Assembly (NCBI RefSeq): GCF_009914755.1 | Contig: NC_060933.1 | Source of the DNA: the human T2T-CHM13v2.0 reference genome, Homo sapiens | DNA: 64,000 nt | Reading direction: 5' to 3' (one strand) | Shown here: piece by piece, positions 13,288 through 25,844 of the stretch | Position numbering within the stretch: position 1 is the stretch's first letter | How the letters are laid out: each line of letters starts with the position of its first letter | Made by a program: the position numbers and the translations under genes | The notes under the pieces: generated by a model | Databases searched by the model: none | Seen by the model: only the letters and a program-made list of their open reading frames with translations | Told to the model about the DNA's origin: nothing

Positions 13288-14305
13288 TGTGACAGAGAAA
13301 ATGCCACGAGTTTACCCAACCCTATTTCAGGTCTCTTCTTTTCTGGGCAGGTGGAAGCTCCATACTCCCTAACACTTGCAGTTAGACAAGAGCACAAGAC
13401 TAATTCTGGCCAATAAAGTGTGAGCAGAAGACATGTACAAGCTGAGTCAGTGAAAAGCCCTATTTCATTGCACAGGTCTTCGCTTTTCTGCCCTCTTGAG
13501 GGGTGAAGGCTAAGTCCTTTGTCAGGATAGCTGAATCACAGAGTGAAAGAATCTTTATTGACTGTAAACTAGTTCAACCATTGTGGAAGTCAGTGTGGCG
13601 ATTCCTCAGGGATCTAGAACTAGAAATACCATTTGACCCAGCCATCCCATTACTGGGTATATACCCAAAGGACTATAAATCTTGCTGCTATAAAGACACA
13701 TGCACACGTATGTTTATTGCGGCATTATTCACAATAGCAAAGACTTGGAACCAACCCAAATGTCCAACAATGATAGACTGGATTAAGAAAATGTGGCACA
13801 TATACACCATGGAATACTATGCAGCCATAAAAAATGATGAGTTCATGTCCTTTGTAGGGACATGGATGAAATTGGAAATCATCATTCTCAGTAAATTATC
13901 ACAAGAACAAAAAACCAAACACCGCATATTCTCACTCATAGGTGGGAATTGAACAATGAGATCACATGGACACAGGAAGGGGAATATCACACTCTGGGGA
14001 CTGTGGTGGGGTGGGAGGAGGGGGGAGGGATAGCATTGGGAGATATACCTAATGCTAGATGACGAGTTAGTGGGTGCAGCGCACCAGCATGGCACATGTA
14101 TACATATGTAACTAACCTGCACAATGTGCACATGTACCCTACAACTTAAAGTATAATAAAAAAAAAAAAGAAAGAATCTTTATTGGTGAGGAGAAATAAA
14201 CCAGAGGCATACCTAGAATGGATTTTGCAAGAAAAATACATTATTGTTTTGGGCTACTATTTCGGGGTTTATACCTTTATTTAGTACAGCCTATACTGAT
14301 GAGTG
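13288..14305 (+). mobile_element. MLT1-type MaLR LTR interrupted by L1PA2
   Basis: 'ttgcagttagacaagagcacaagactaattctggccaataaagtgtgagcagaag'; resumes after 14185. Confidence 0.75.
13561..14169 (+). mobile_element. 5'-truncated young L1, L1PA2-like (ORF2 C-terminus, 3'UTR, poly(A))
   Basis: Intact ORF2 C-terminus (…HRIFSLIGGN*); 'gatgacGAGttag' with GAG at 14064-14066 rather than L1HS ACA/ACG; perfect 16-bp TSD gaaagaatctttattg at 13545-13560 and 14170-14185. Confidence 0.95.
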
Positions 14306-15337
14306 CAAATCATTATTATTACTTCTGTCAATATCTTCATAGTCATTGGTATGTTCTCCTACCAACAAATTAGGAAACATTTCCTAAATTGTACATAGTA
14401 GCAACACAGTCAAACCAAAAATGTTCAGTAGAGGGGAAAGCCAACAAACTCTTCAGTACCATCAATTTAATGAAGTAGCTGTACTTGTGCTCTTAGTCTT
14501 CTATAAGCAAATGCAGTGTCATCCATTCAGTCATTCATTTACATTTCCCAATCCCCTATTCTTTATGGGATCTTGTGATGAGCTCTTTGGAATCCCACTA
14601 TGAACAAGAACCCACCATGGAAGAAAGTGAGAAAGTGGCACGTTTTTCTAAAATTTCTGAATAAGAATGATTAAGGATGATCCAAAGCTGATGCTCTTTC
14701 CAGCATCTATGGCCTTTGATTCCTCAAATGGCTGCATCACCCATCTTTCTCACTCCTCCCATGATCATGGCTCATTATTGAATTTTTCTGATTTTGATTA
14801 TTTTTCTAATTATCTCATGTTTTGGGGGTTTTATTTTTAGCCCAACTGCTGCCTCTGATTTGAGCATTTTTTTGCACATGCTATTGTTTGCAGACACATT
14901 TTGGCTGAGACCTCATCTGATGAGCCATTTGTTAGTTCTGATTGAGTAGGTCACTTGTGGGCTCAATTAACCACTTGCCCTTCAACTGATGGTGCAAGTG
15001 GCCAATTGCACCTGCAATTAGCTAATTAAGGGTTTGGTCATTTCCATAGGCAATTTTGCCTTTATCTAATTGTGGGACTGCCCAAGCTTCCTTTCATCAT
15101 TTGAGCATATACCAGCCTGTATGGGCAGAGGATGATGACTTTTGATGAAGGTAAAGTAGTAAAAAGAAAATGTAAAATTTTAATGCTCTAATGCAATTGT
15201 CCAAATTAGATTAAATATACAAATTAAAACTCTTGAATTTGTTCTGTTCATATTTTTTAAAGTCTCTATATAGATGGTTCTAAAATATTTTGCATAATGG
15301 GTATCTGTCTAAATATTTAGAATTCCTGAATTGATTT

Positions 15338-15360
15338 TGTGTGTGTGTGTATGTGTGTGT
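15338..15360. repeat. (TG)n microsatellite, interrupted
   Basis: tgtgtgtgtgtgtatgtgtgtgt. Confidence 0.9.
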
Positions 15361-16279
15361 CTGCACATGCACATGTTGGGGGATTATGCATGTGAACTCA
15401 TCCCAAGAATTTGCAATCCTGGTCTGAAAGAGCCGAAGGTACAACAGAACATAAATCATTCTCTCCTACAGAGAAATCAGGGTAAAAGAAGGCTGTAAGC
15501 TCGAGAGGAGAGGAGGGAATCCATCACTCCTAGCCTTTTGATAAATGCTTTACAAATAGCACTTAGTGGGCTGAATATTTCATACAAGATCCAGGGAGCA
15601 GACTGGAAGCACATTTTTTTTTAACTTAAAGCCAGGACAAAAGAACTGCAAACATCTCAGAACCCCTCTTCTGCCTGTAACATAAGCTGAAACCAGTCAA
15701 GTTCTTCTCATGTAGAAAGTAACCAGTTCGTAGACGACAATCAGAGAAAGCACTTATTGTCCAGAGTTTTCATTGTATATAATCTTTTGGAATCACAGCC
15801 ACACAGCCAATTTCTATGGCCCATCTGTCAGGACATTGAAATTGCTTTATTATACAGAACCCGCTCACAGATTCTGTGGATTCAGTAAGGAATATTTACT
15901 GAGTGTCATCTGAGATCTCAGAGGTTCCATAAAACACTTAATTAACATACAAAATCCACTTCAGCTAAGCCTATACCTACTTTCTGAATATCAGTTACTG
16001 ATTTGATTACTCCTGAGGCTCGGGTTGGCATGGGGAAAAATTGCAGAAGCTACTAGAGAACAAGCTAGAGGGAAAGCAAGGTGGGCAGCCTCTGACAGCT
16101 GCTATTTTCTCCCCGGGGCGTAAGAGCTGGTGACATAGCCCCACCACAGAAACATAGAAAAACGGTCTGCAGAGCTGCTTTTGTTTGTTTCTTCATCTTT
16201 CTGTTTTGTTTGTAATAAGCAGGAGTGCTGTCTTGCATTGAAAATTAATTGTTTATGTTTTATCTGAGTTGCTTTTCTT

Positions 16280-16405
16280 GTTTACCACTTATAAGCTGTG
16301 TTATCTTATGCAATTTACTTAACCTCTCTGGGCCTCAGTTCCTTTTCTTTTTTAAAGAAGATAAAGATCTCACTCGGAGTTATTATGAATACATGAGATA
16401 ATTTA
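16280..16405 (+). mobile_element. MIR SINE
   Basis: 'agctgtgttatcttatgcaatttacttaacctctctgggcctcagttcc'. Confidence 0.8.
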
Positions 16406-17524
16406 ATATCAGGTGGAATTTCTCCAGCATTGTCAGCCTGTGGTGGCTAGAGACTAGCCCCTTAAGATCAAGGAGTATTGCTCATGAATAGCGCTCAGAA
16501 TGTAACAGAAATATTTTGCACAGATGGGATACCGGAAATATAATTGTTGATTTACTGGGTAGAAATTGATGAGGTTACATCAGCAATAGCAATGGTGGTT
16601 CTATAGCTTTGGGCCTTTCGTGTACACATGACCTCATCTCCATGTAATGAATTTTCAAGGGTTTATGGCCATCTTCGGGGTGTCTCCTTCCTGGCACCAT
16701 TATTACTATTCTGTCTCCAGCAGGGTATTTGTTGAGTGCCACTAACAACAGGCAAACAATTCCTGAAAGCAAACAGGGCCTGGGGCTTCAGAGACATTCT
16801 GAGGAAAAGCAGAGAAGAAAGTCCCTCTCTCTGCTTAAGGGCACATTCCATCACAGGGGTCCTAATGCAGGGCTGACCTTTATGATGACAATTACTGGGT
16901 GTCTCCTTTCGCCTCCTCATTCCAGAGTACTCAGATATGATTAATCCCACGGGGCCTATGCTTAGAGAAAAATCCAACAGCCACCACACCTATCTTAGAA
17001 TGATAGTGCTGTCTCCACTGGGCTGGCTTCCTCTTCCCTGAGTTTGCTCCCAGGAAACTCCCCATGGTTTTATGCAAAAAGGCATTTGGCAGACCTGTCC
17101 CATACTTGTCAGACATCTCCAGATATGTCTGAATCCGTGCTTAGGCTCATGCTGAGACCCCAGTTATAAACATAAAACTTCTATAGCATTTGATGCAGAG
17201 TAGAAATTTTTAAGTGTAGATCTCTTTCCTTGTTCTGGAAACCAGATTATACATTGAGATTGTGGGTTGTTTCTCAGATTTTCATTTTATTTTTTTCTTT
17301 AGATATAAGGGAATTTCCAAATTAAGGTGTTTTCAATCACAATGAAGGAGTCAGACTTCTCCTCTCAATGACTCTAAATACTGGTTCTACAGAGGAATGG
17401 AATAGGCTTCAACTTCAAGGTGTACTGTTTCAAAATGTGTCTTCTTTAAGACAAAATTGGCCCTTAAGAGTTCCCCTAATGTCATTTTATGTATCAAACA
17501 AGTTGACCTCCAAGAAACCTACTT

Positions 17525-17700
17525 TTTCAGTCAATTTAGGCTAAGTTTGGCTGAGGTAACAAATGATCCCCAGTCTTAGGGGTTTACAACAATAAAAGTT
17601 TGTTTATCACTGGCTTACATGTCCATCATGGGTTGGCTATGGCTCCATGTCCTTTTCACAGCAAGACTCAGGGTGGAACAGCCCTTCTCTGGAGCATACC
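17525..17700 (-). mobile_element. MLT1 (J/K-like) LTR fragment
   Basis: 'ggtaacaaatgatccccagtcttaggggtttacaacaataaaagtttgtttatc'. Confidence 0.65.
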
Positions 17701-20111
17701 AAAGAAGAATTGGATCCAACCTATAGTTGACCAGAAGCCACCTAGTGTTTTTAAGAGGAGAATAACATTACTAAGTTGAAATGATCACTCTGATGCTAGG
17801 GTGGAAGGAACATGAATTGCAAAGGAAGAAATTGGTAGCAGGGGAACCAATTACAAGGTATGTACCAAGTGTTATGAACAGGATATGTAATAATGGTATT
17901 ATCGAATATTGTTTCCAGCATGATACATCCAGTAGGCCATGGAGAGGACATAGCTTGCACCCTTACTTCCAGACTGTCCATTAACGAGAAATAAAGGCAG
18001 GCCAGATTAGTGACCAGTTGCCGTAGAGACAGGCTAACTCCTGGAATGCACAGTGAATGCAGGGCACAACACAAAAAGCCCAATAAAGACTTCTGGCTTG
18101 TGTAAAATGACCTGCCACTCCAGAAATACCTTTGGGTTCTTGGAGAGAGGAACTGTTGCCAGCCTGGAGGCTGCAGCGGGAGTTCAGCATCTCAGCAAAT
18201 GAATTTTTGTCTTCTTGCACCTGTCGGTGCCCCATAATGTCCTGCTAATCTCTCAGTCTCATTTGTCCCAGGGCCTGCTTTCCATCCGATGGAACAACTG
18301 GCAGCTCAGGCAATTACGATGGAGAGGCACCCTCTTCGAAATATACACAGGGCTTTATTTTCAGGAAGCTTGCCTGGGTTCGCTCTTGAAATTGTATTTT
18401 TGGCTTTGCTAGGCATCTCTCTGAGGTTACCATTCGTAGATACATCCGTTGAAATTTTAAGAGCAAGTCTATGACTTAGGAGGAGGGAGTGGAGGGGTCT
18501 TAGGTATTTAAATGGGCTCTTTGTAATCTCTCTCTCTCTGTGGTTCACTGAGCAAACTAGCCTTGTAGGAAGGCATTGATCATTCTCCCCACAGCCTCAT
18601 GAAGGAGAATGAGCAAGCTGTGAGAGATTTATATCCAGGATGGACTCTCCTCCAGCTGTGAGTGACACAGTCAAAGAAAGCCTGTCAGTGCCACCCCCAT
18701 GGTGGGGCTGAGGCTGGAAAGATGTCACCTCCATCAGAATGGGCCGGAGGTGAGAGAACCCCCTTGATTGACAAGCCCTATCCCCAAAGTGATAAAAGAA
18801 GGGGCACTGGCACCGAAGGAAGCTCGAAGGAAGCTTTGGGGTGGGCAGAAAAGAGAGGGAGTATCATCTAAACAATTTACTGTTGTTCTGTTCTCCTCAT
18901 TCAGTTCGGGGAACCAGGCTGCAGCCACATCTGTGAGCCTTCAGCTCGGCTCAGGCTCAACGTGTCTCTGGGTTGAAGAGACTTCTCAGATTTCAGGAGT
19001 CCTGCAAGCCTTTGGAATGCTTGCCACTGAGGAATTTGAACATTAAAGGGTTCAAAGGTGGTTAGAAAATCCAGTCCTCAAATTGTTCAAAGAAAAACAT
19101 GTCTTCTTGGTCTTACTTTTATGACTTGAACATGAGGATCAGCGGTACTAAGGATTCAGGGGCATCTCAACCTTTACCTAGCAAGCTCTTTCTTCTAAGA
19201 AAGTCAGTATTCTGCTGTATTCTCTTAATTTTTACAAGCTGGGGAAGGAGGACGAGTAGTTATTTGGACACACAGAGCTGTTTTAGTGATATTCATAATG
19301 GAACATTGTAAATCTGAAGAGTCAAGGTTCAAATATGGGTCTCTTAGCATTTGACATATTTTTATTTTGGGTCCAGACGAAGTACATTTTTAATAGGCAG
19401 GACAACGCTTCCTGCCTTCAATCAGAGATAATACCAGACTGAGATGATATTCAGAGACAGCAAGTTGCATTTCAACTGAAGATAAATATGCCCCCATGAA
19501 ATTTCACCCATTCTGGCTTTAAAACATGTTATGTCCAAGGTCAATTAATTGTACTTGCAACTTACAGCCAATCAGAAGGATGAGCTAGCATCAAGATTCT
19601 TTTGCAAAATGAAAATTTATCTTTAATCAGTGTTTTCTTTTGCTTTTCTGGGCTGTTTCTCACTTGCAAAAAAAGTATATGCATTATTCAAAAATTAGAA
19701 AAAAACGAAGAATGGATTAGCAGTGGGACATGACAATGTACCAAGACATTTAAAATAAGTTATTCCTAAATGGATTCATGCCAAATGAAGAAGCTTTCCA
19801 CAGCATCTGCGACCTTGAAATTTAGCCTGAGATTCTGCTTCAGAAAACAATGGCTGAGCTTCCTGATTGAGCAAGCCTTAGACTAGTGCCTTCTACTGAG
19901 TTATTTTTTTTATTTTTGAGGACCTTTCTGGAAGGTATGTAAGAAGAATAAGGTATAGATCCTGTCCTCAAAGAAATGACAGCCCAGGGGGAATATAAGC
20001 CCCAAGCGCATGAGTGTGCTGCATAATTTTCTCAGCTTTCTCAGATTGATCATTTATAAAATTGGAATGAAAGTATTTCTCATATCTTCCTCCCTGGCTA
20101 CTTTGAGAATC

Positions 20112-20175
20112 AAGAGAGGGAGGGAGGGAAGGAGGGAAGGGGAGAGAGAGAAAGAGAATATGAGAATGAGAATGG
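20112..20175. repeat. GA-rich polypurine low-complexity tract
   Basis: aagagagggagggagggaaggagggaaggggagagagagaaagagaatatgagaatgagaatgg. Confidence 0.85.
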
Positions 20176-20464
20176 TTGGGAGGAATTTTGAAGACTTGTA
20201 AATTATTAAAAGGCTCTCTAGATCCATTGATGGTTGTATCCTACTTTTAAAACCTGACAGGGCATCTTTGTGTGAAGTAGCCAATGTAGCACCCTTAAGA
20301 GAAATGCCCCTTATATTATTCCCTTTCCATGGTTGCCTAGAAACCATAATCTTATTTCCCTGGCCCGCCCTCTTTTCTTTTCTCTTGTGCATGTTGAGGG
20401 TCTGATTCGAAAGTGCTGCAGCTGCAGATGTGTCCGTGGTCTGCCCATGTGGCACTGTGGGGGT

Positions 20465-20665
20465 GAGCACTTTCTATCTGTAGACTTTGAGCTAGACATT
20501 TTCATATTCATTATCTCATTTAATTCTCTCACAGAAACCTTATGAGGTTTACTGCTCTCATTTCATGTTCAAGGAAACTGAGTTTCAGAGAAGTGAAAAC
20601 ATTATCGCAAGATCACAAAACTAATAAATAGCAGAGTCAAGTTTCAAATGGTGTGCTTTGACTTT
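20465..20665 (-). mobile_element. MIR SINE
   Basis: 'attatctcatttaattctctcacagaaaccttatgagg...aaggaaactgagtttcagagaagtgaa'. Confidence 0.85.
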
Positions 20666-20849
20666 GGTTTTCTTGAGATGAAGTAGTCATGAAGGCGGGT
20701 TCCGGTTCTAGTTTCTTCCTTTGAGTCTCCAAGCTTTTCACCTGTTTCTTGGCCTATTTAGCAACGCACATCAGGTTCCCAGACTCTGCCTAGGCTCTGC
20801 TCATGAATCTAAGATACTGGGGATGGGGATGAGAGGTGATAGAAAGAGT

Positions 20850-21015
20850 CAGGAAAGCTAAGTTCAGATCTCAACTTCATTGCTTACTAAACTGAGTTCT
20901 AATGCTCTCATTTGCAAAATAGTGATAGTAACATGGATCTCCTGTGAGAGTTCAGTAAGGAAAGATGTGTTAGAATGCAGTCAAGGCACCTGGCCCATAG
21001 TAGAAGGTGCTCAGA
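20850..21015 (+). mobile_element. MIR SINE
   Basis: 'ctcatttgcaaaatagtgatagtaac...gcacctggcccatagtagaaggtgctcag'. Confidence 0.7.
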
Positions 21016-21234
21016 ACACTGAATTTGAACCTGACTTCTGATTCTAACATCTTCTGGGATCAGCCCAGATCTGGCTATATCCTGGAAACATAAGTTATAT
21101 TCAGGGCATTTTGTGTCATATTTGGCAGCAAAGAATCCCAGTTTTCCCAGGGCTGCTTATGTAGACAAATCCACTAGAAGATGACATAGCTTCAAATGCA
21201 ACACTTCACTGAAAGACTTAGGGTCCGTTTAATT

Positions 21235-21440
21235 CAGTGGTTTTCCAAATTGTTTTTATTAGCAAATGCTTATTTTTAAAACAAGTCTGATAAAGAACTG
21301 CATTATACAAAACTAACCAATGAGATCTTCTCTACATGGAGAGATGCTGAGAGCCCTGGAATCTGCCAGCTCAGACTTTTAACACAACATTTCTCCTTCT
21401 AAACCCTGAGGTTTTGTAGAGCAGGATTTGAAAACCACTG
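21235..21440. mobile_element. hAT-Charlie MITE (MER112-like) with intact TIRs, inserted in a MIR
   Basis: 11-bp terminal inverted repeats cagtggttttc / gaaaaccactg; MIR core resumes at ~21455. Confidence 0.8.
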
Positions 21441-22140
21441 GTAATACTAACAATCTCACTTTGTAGACAAGGAAACTAAGGCCCAGGAAGAGTTACTTAC
21501 TAGAATGAATGCATCTACTCTAATGTATAAACAAATCATCTTCAACAACTTAGCTTGATCTTATATTTGCCTGTATAGCAATATGAGAGAAAAATGCATG
21601 TGTTTTATTTCTCTTTACAAAGGGATTTATTCTCCCTTCCTCTCTCTCTCAGAGATTATATAATAATGACTGTGTTCAGTAAGATGATTCTAACATTTAA
21701 ATGGAAATGCAGAAAATAGAATAGCAAAAGCAGTTTGGAAAAAGACGTTGAAGGGCTTATACTACCTGATTTCAGGATGCATTATAAAGCTACAGTAATC
21801 AAAACAGTATAGTATTAACATAAGAGTATCCATAGAGCTCAGGGAAACAGCATAAATTGTCTAGAACAGACTCAAAAATATGCCAAGGTAATTCAATGGA
21901 AAAACAATAACTTTTTTAACAAGCTAGATAGGAACAATTGGATATGGATATGGGAAGAAATGAATTTTGACCTTTATGTTATCTCATATACAAATTAACT
22001 CAAAAAGGATCCAAAGCCTATATATATATGATATAATTTCAAGAAGAAAACCTAGGAGAAAAATCTTTACAATCTTGAAGGCAGGAATTTCTTAAGACAC
22101 AAAATGCAATAACTATAAAAGAAAAAAACGTTTGAAATTA

Positions 22141-22482
<342 letters not shown>

Positions 22483-22501
22483 AAAGTCACTGTAGGGACT
22501 A

Positions 22502-22855
<354 letters not shown>

Positions 22856-25252
22856 TCAGTGTAGTTCTATAAAGGTATAGTTCACAGTACCTACATGTGA
22901 CTAAAAAACTTGTTTCCAGACTATGAAAAGAACTCATACAAAGCAATAATAGGAAGATAAATAAACCAATAAAAAAGGACAAAATATTTGAACAGACACA
23001 AAAAGAAGATACATAAATATCCACTAAAGCATGTGAAAATATGCTCGAGATTGCTAATCATCAGGAATGTAAGTAAAACCAAAACAACAGATTACTACAC
23101 ATCCCTAAATGACTAAAGTTAAGAGGACTGATAATACCAAATGTCGGCGGAATGTGGAAAAATTAAACTCTAATACATTGTTGGAGGGGGTATAAAATAG
23201 TATAGCCACTTTAGAAAACAATTTGGCAGTTTCTTGAAAAATTAAAATTCACTTTACCACCCAACAATTCCACTCCTAGGTATTTACCCAAGAAAAATGG
23301 AAACATATGTCTACAAAAAGACTTGTACAAAAATGTCCATAGCAGCTTTATTAATGATAACCACATACTGGAAACAACCCAACTGTTTATCAACAGGTGA
23401 ATGAATAAACAAATAGATGTATAATTCTGATACAACAGTAAAGATATATCTTAAAACTAATATGCTGATGAAACAAGCCAGACACAAAAGCCAGACACAT
23501 CCATATTGCATGGTTCCATTCACATAAAATTCTAGAAAAGGCAAAAACTAATGTATACTTACAGAAAGAATTAGCCCCAGTATTAATTAGGGTTGGGAAC
23601 AAGGATTTACTGTGAAGAGGCACAAGGTAATTTTTGAGGTTGATAGAAACATCCCATCTCTTTGATGGTATTGATATGAATGTATACATTTGTCAAAAAA
23701 TCTTTAAACTGTACAGTTAAAATGGGTGAGTCTTATTGTGTCTAAATCACACCTTAATGAAGATTTAGAAAGTGAAATATTTTGCTATGATTGTAACGTA
23801 AAAAAATCTTTAATCACTTTGACGAAAGCAAGATACAAAAATTGTGGGCAGTCTGATTATAACTTACTAAAGTATGCATAAAATAATAATTGAAAACTCA
23901 ACAAAAATCTGTTCAGGGTCATGATTAGCCATGACCTATTTCACACTCAAATATATTTTATTGAGCTTTCATTTGAAATTTTAACCATTTCACTGATGTC
24001 ACACAAATAAAAAAGTATCTGCTGATACACATCAAAGATATATGAATCTGCAAATATTCAGAACCATTTTTGGCAAAAATGATACTACAATAGTAGCTGC
24101 AAAATTAAAGGAGAGAAGTAATAGATTTTTAACAAAACTAGATTTTGAAAAGCAATGTTTTAAAATACAGTATTACCTAGAAAAATGTCTAAATCCTGTA
24201 CATAAGCCAGAGCCCAGGGACTCATCATTACAAACTTGTACTCTAGACTAGTTTGAGATCGTCTAGATTCTAGTCTTGTCTTTGGAAACTCAATTAGTCT
24301 AGGGAAATCCGAAAGTTAAGAAACCCTCTGTGTCGCAAAAATACGATCAAATGAGCAAGTTTGTTTCCCCCTGAACTTCACATTACATCTCATCTCAGGG
24401 TGATGTATTCAAATTCTCCCAATCCAAGCACTCCTGCATAGTCTTCTAGGAACAAGCACTTCAAAGTTTTACAGAAGAGCATACAGAAACTTTATTATTA
24501 AGGGGGATATACGCAGTAGAGAAAGTAATTTTAAGTAGTCCATTTAAAGTTTTAAAGTTTTTGGTATGTAAAATCTCAGCAGCATAGCAAGGTGTAATCT
24601 TTGGGCTATGTAACTTCATTCAATTCCCTCTATTTATATAACTACCTAGGGTTGACATCAAGCATATTTTTTCAAAACGTCTTCTAATTCCAGGTTTGCA
24701 ATTCAACTGAAAAAAAATCAAAGACACCTGAGAACATTTTATGACTTAAAAAGTTTTCTTTTCTTGAAATAAAAACTACTGCTGGAGATCTCTCCTCCCA
24801 TATCTTATCAGCTCAACTACCTAGTGTGATTTGAATCACCCGAACCTCAGCTTAAGGAAGAGAGAGAGAGAGAAAAGAAAAACCTTTGGTAAAGTAAGTT
24901 CCTTTGATCCTTTTCTGCTACTTATGAAAACTCACACTGTATGTTTAACACATTCCCAACAAGCCAGGATAATGAAGCACATGGGACACGGAGACTTAAT
25001 TCCATGTCTGTTTCTTTATTTAAAAAACACACATACTCTACGGGCTGGGCGAAGAATAGACCAGTCTAGCTAGGAGTGAACAGTAAGAAGCAGTTGTGAT
25101 TGCCGAGTTGGGAGATATCATTAAAAAGCAAACTGGGGAGCTCCCGTTTAGGATCTGAGGAGATTATTGATTCAAATCCTTTAAGGCATTCTTCAAAGGA
25201 CTTCTTAAAAAGTTGTATTGTCTGAGGAGTTTGGGGAGAGTATTTGAGTCAG

Positions 25253-25281
25253 TGTGTGTGTGTGTCTGTGTGTATGTGTGT
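25253..25281. repeat. (TG)n microsatellite, interrupted
   Basis: tgtgtgtgtgtgtctgtgtgtatgtgtgt. Confidence 0.9.
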
Positions 25282-25544
25282 TACACAAGGGTGGAGATTA
25301 GTGGTTGGGAGGGCTGTATCTATGTGAGGTATGGGGGTGGTGGGGTGAGTTATGTGCATGGATTGTGAATAACTTTAAAGCCAGTCTGAATAAATAAGGT
25401 AATTTCATAACAGGTTTTCTAATTACTGACTTAGGTTTTGACTCCTTGATAATTCTGCCTCCATAGCTATAATCCAAGGTCCTTCGTGAATTGGCCTTTC
25501 CTCTCATTCCATACGATCTCCTACACTCCCCAGATTGCTGGAAC

Positions 25545-25750
25545 TAAGAGTATGTGCTGTCAGATCCGACTGTCTGGGTTCAAATACATGCTCATTTGCA
25601 AGCTATGTGGTACTGTGCAACCCAGTTAACTTCACCAACTCTCAGTTTCCTCATAAATAACATAGAAATAATATCTACATCATGGGACTGTGGATTCTAT
25701 TAGATAATTGCGTATGATGTGTCTTAAGTGCTCAATATGGTCAGCTGTGC
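25545..25750 (+). mobile_element. MIR SINE
   Basis: 'ctgtctgggttcaaat...ctcagtttcctcat...catgggactgtgg'. Confidence 0.8.
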
Positions 25751-25844
25751 AACTCAAATTTATTTTAATTCAGTAAATATTTATTTGAAAGTTTTCTGTG
25801 CAATAGGTATAGACTGTTCTCCTTTCAATTTGCATATGAGACAT

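Noticed and set aside
14917-14990. CTGATGAG resembling a hammerhead ribozyme core
   Set aside because: No GAAA follows the possible stem II and no consistent stems I/III with an NUH site are visible; an Infernal search would settle it
17736-17750. CTCF-like gccacctagtg
   Set aside because: Lacks the terminal G of the core, is isolated and sits at a repeat edge
16575-19311. Cluster of overlapping 60-108 aa ORFs on both strands
   Set aside because: Expected from locally higher GC; no homology recognised and no coherent exon phase
19900-19940. Apparent 14-nt micro-exon (ttttgag|...gaag|gtatgt)
   Set aside because: Falls in L2-like degenerate sequence; a chance arrangement is likely
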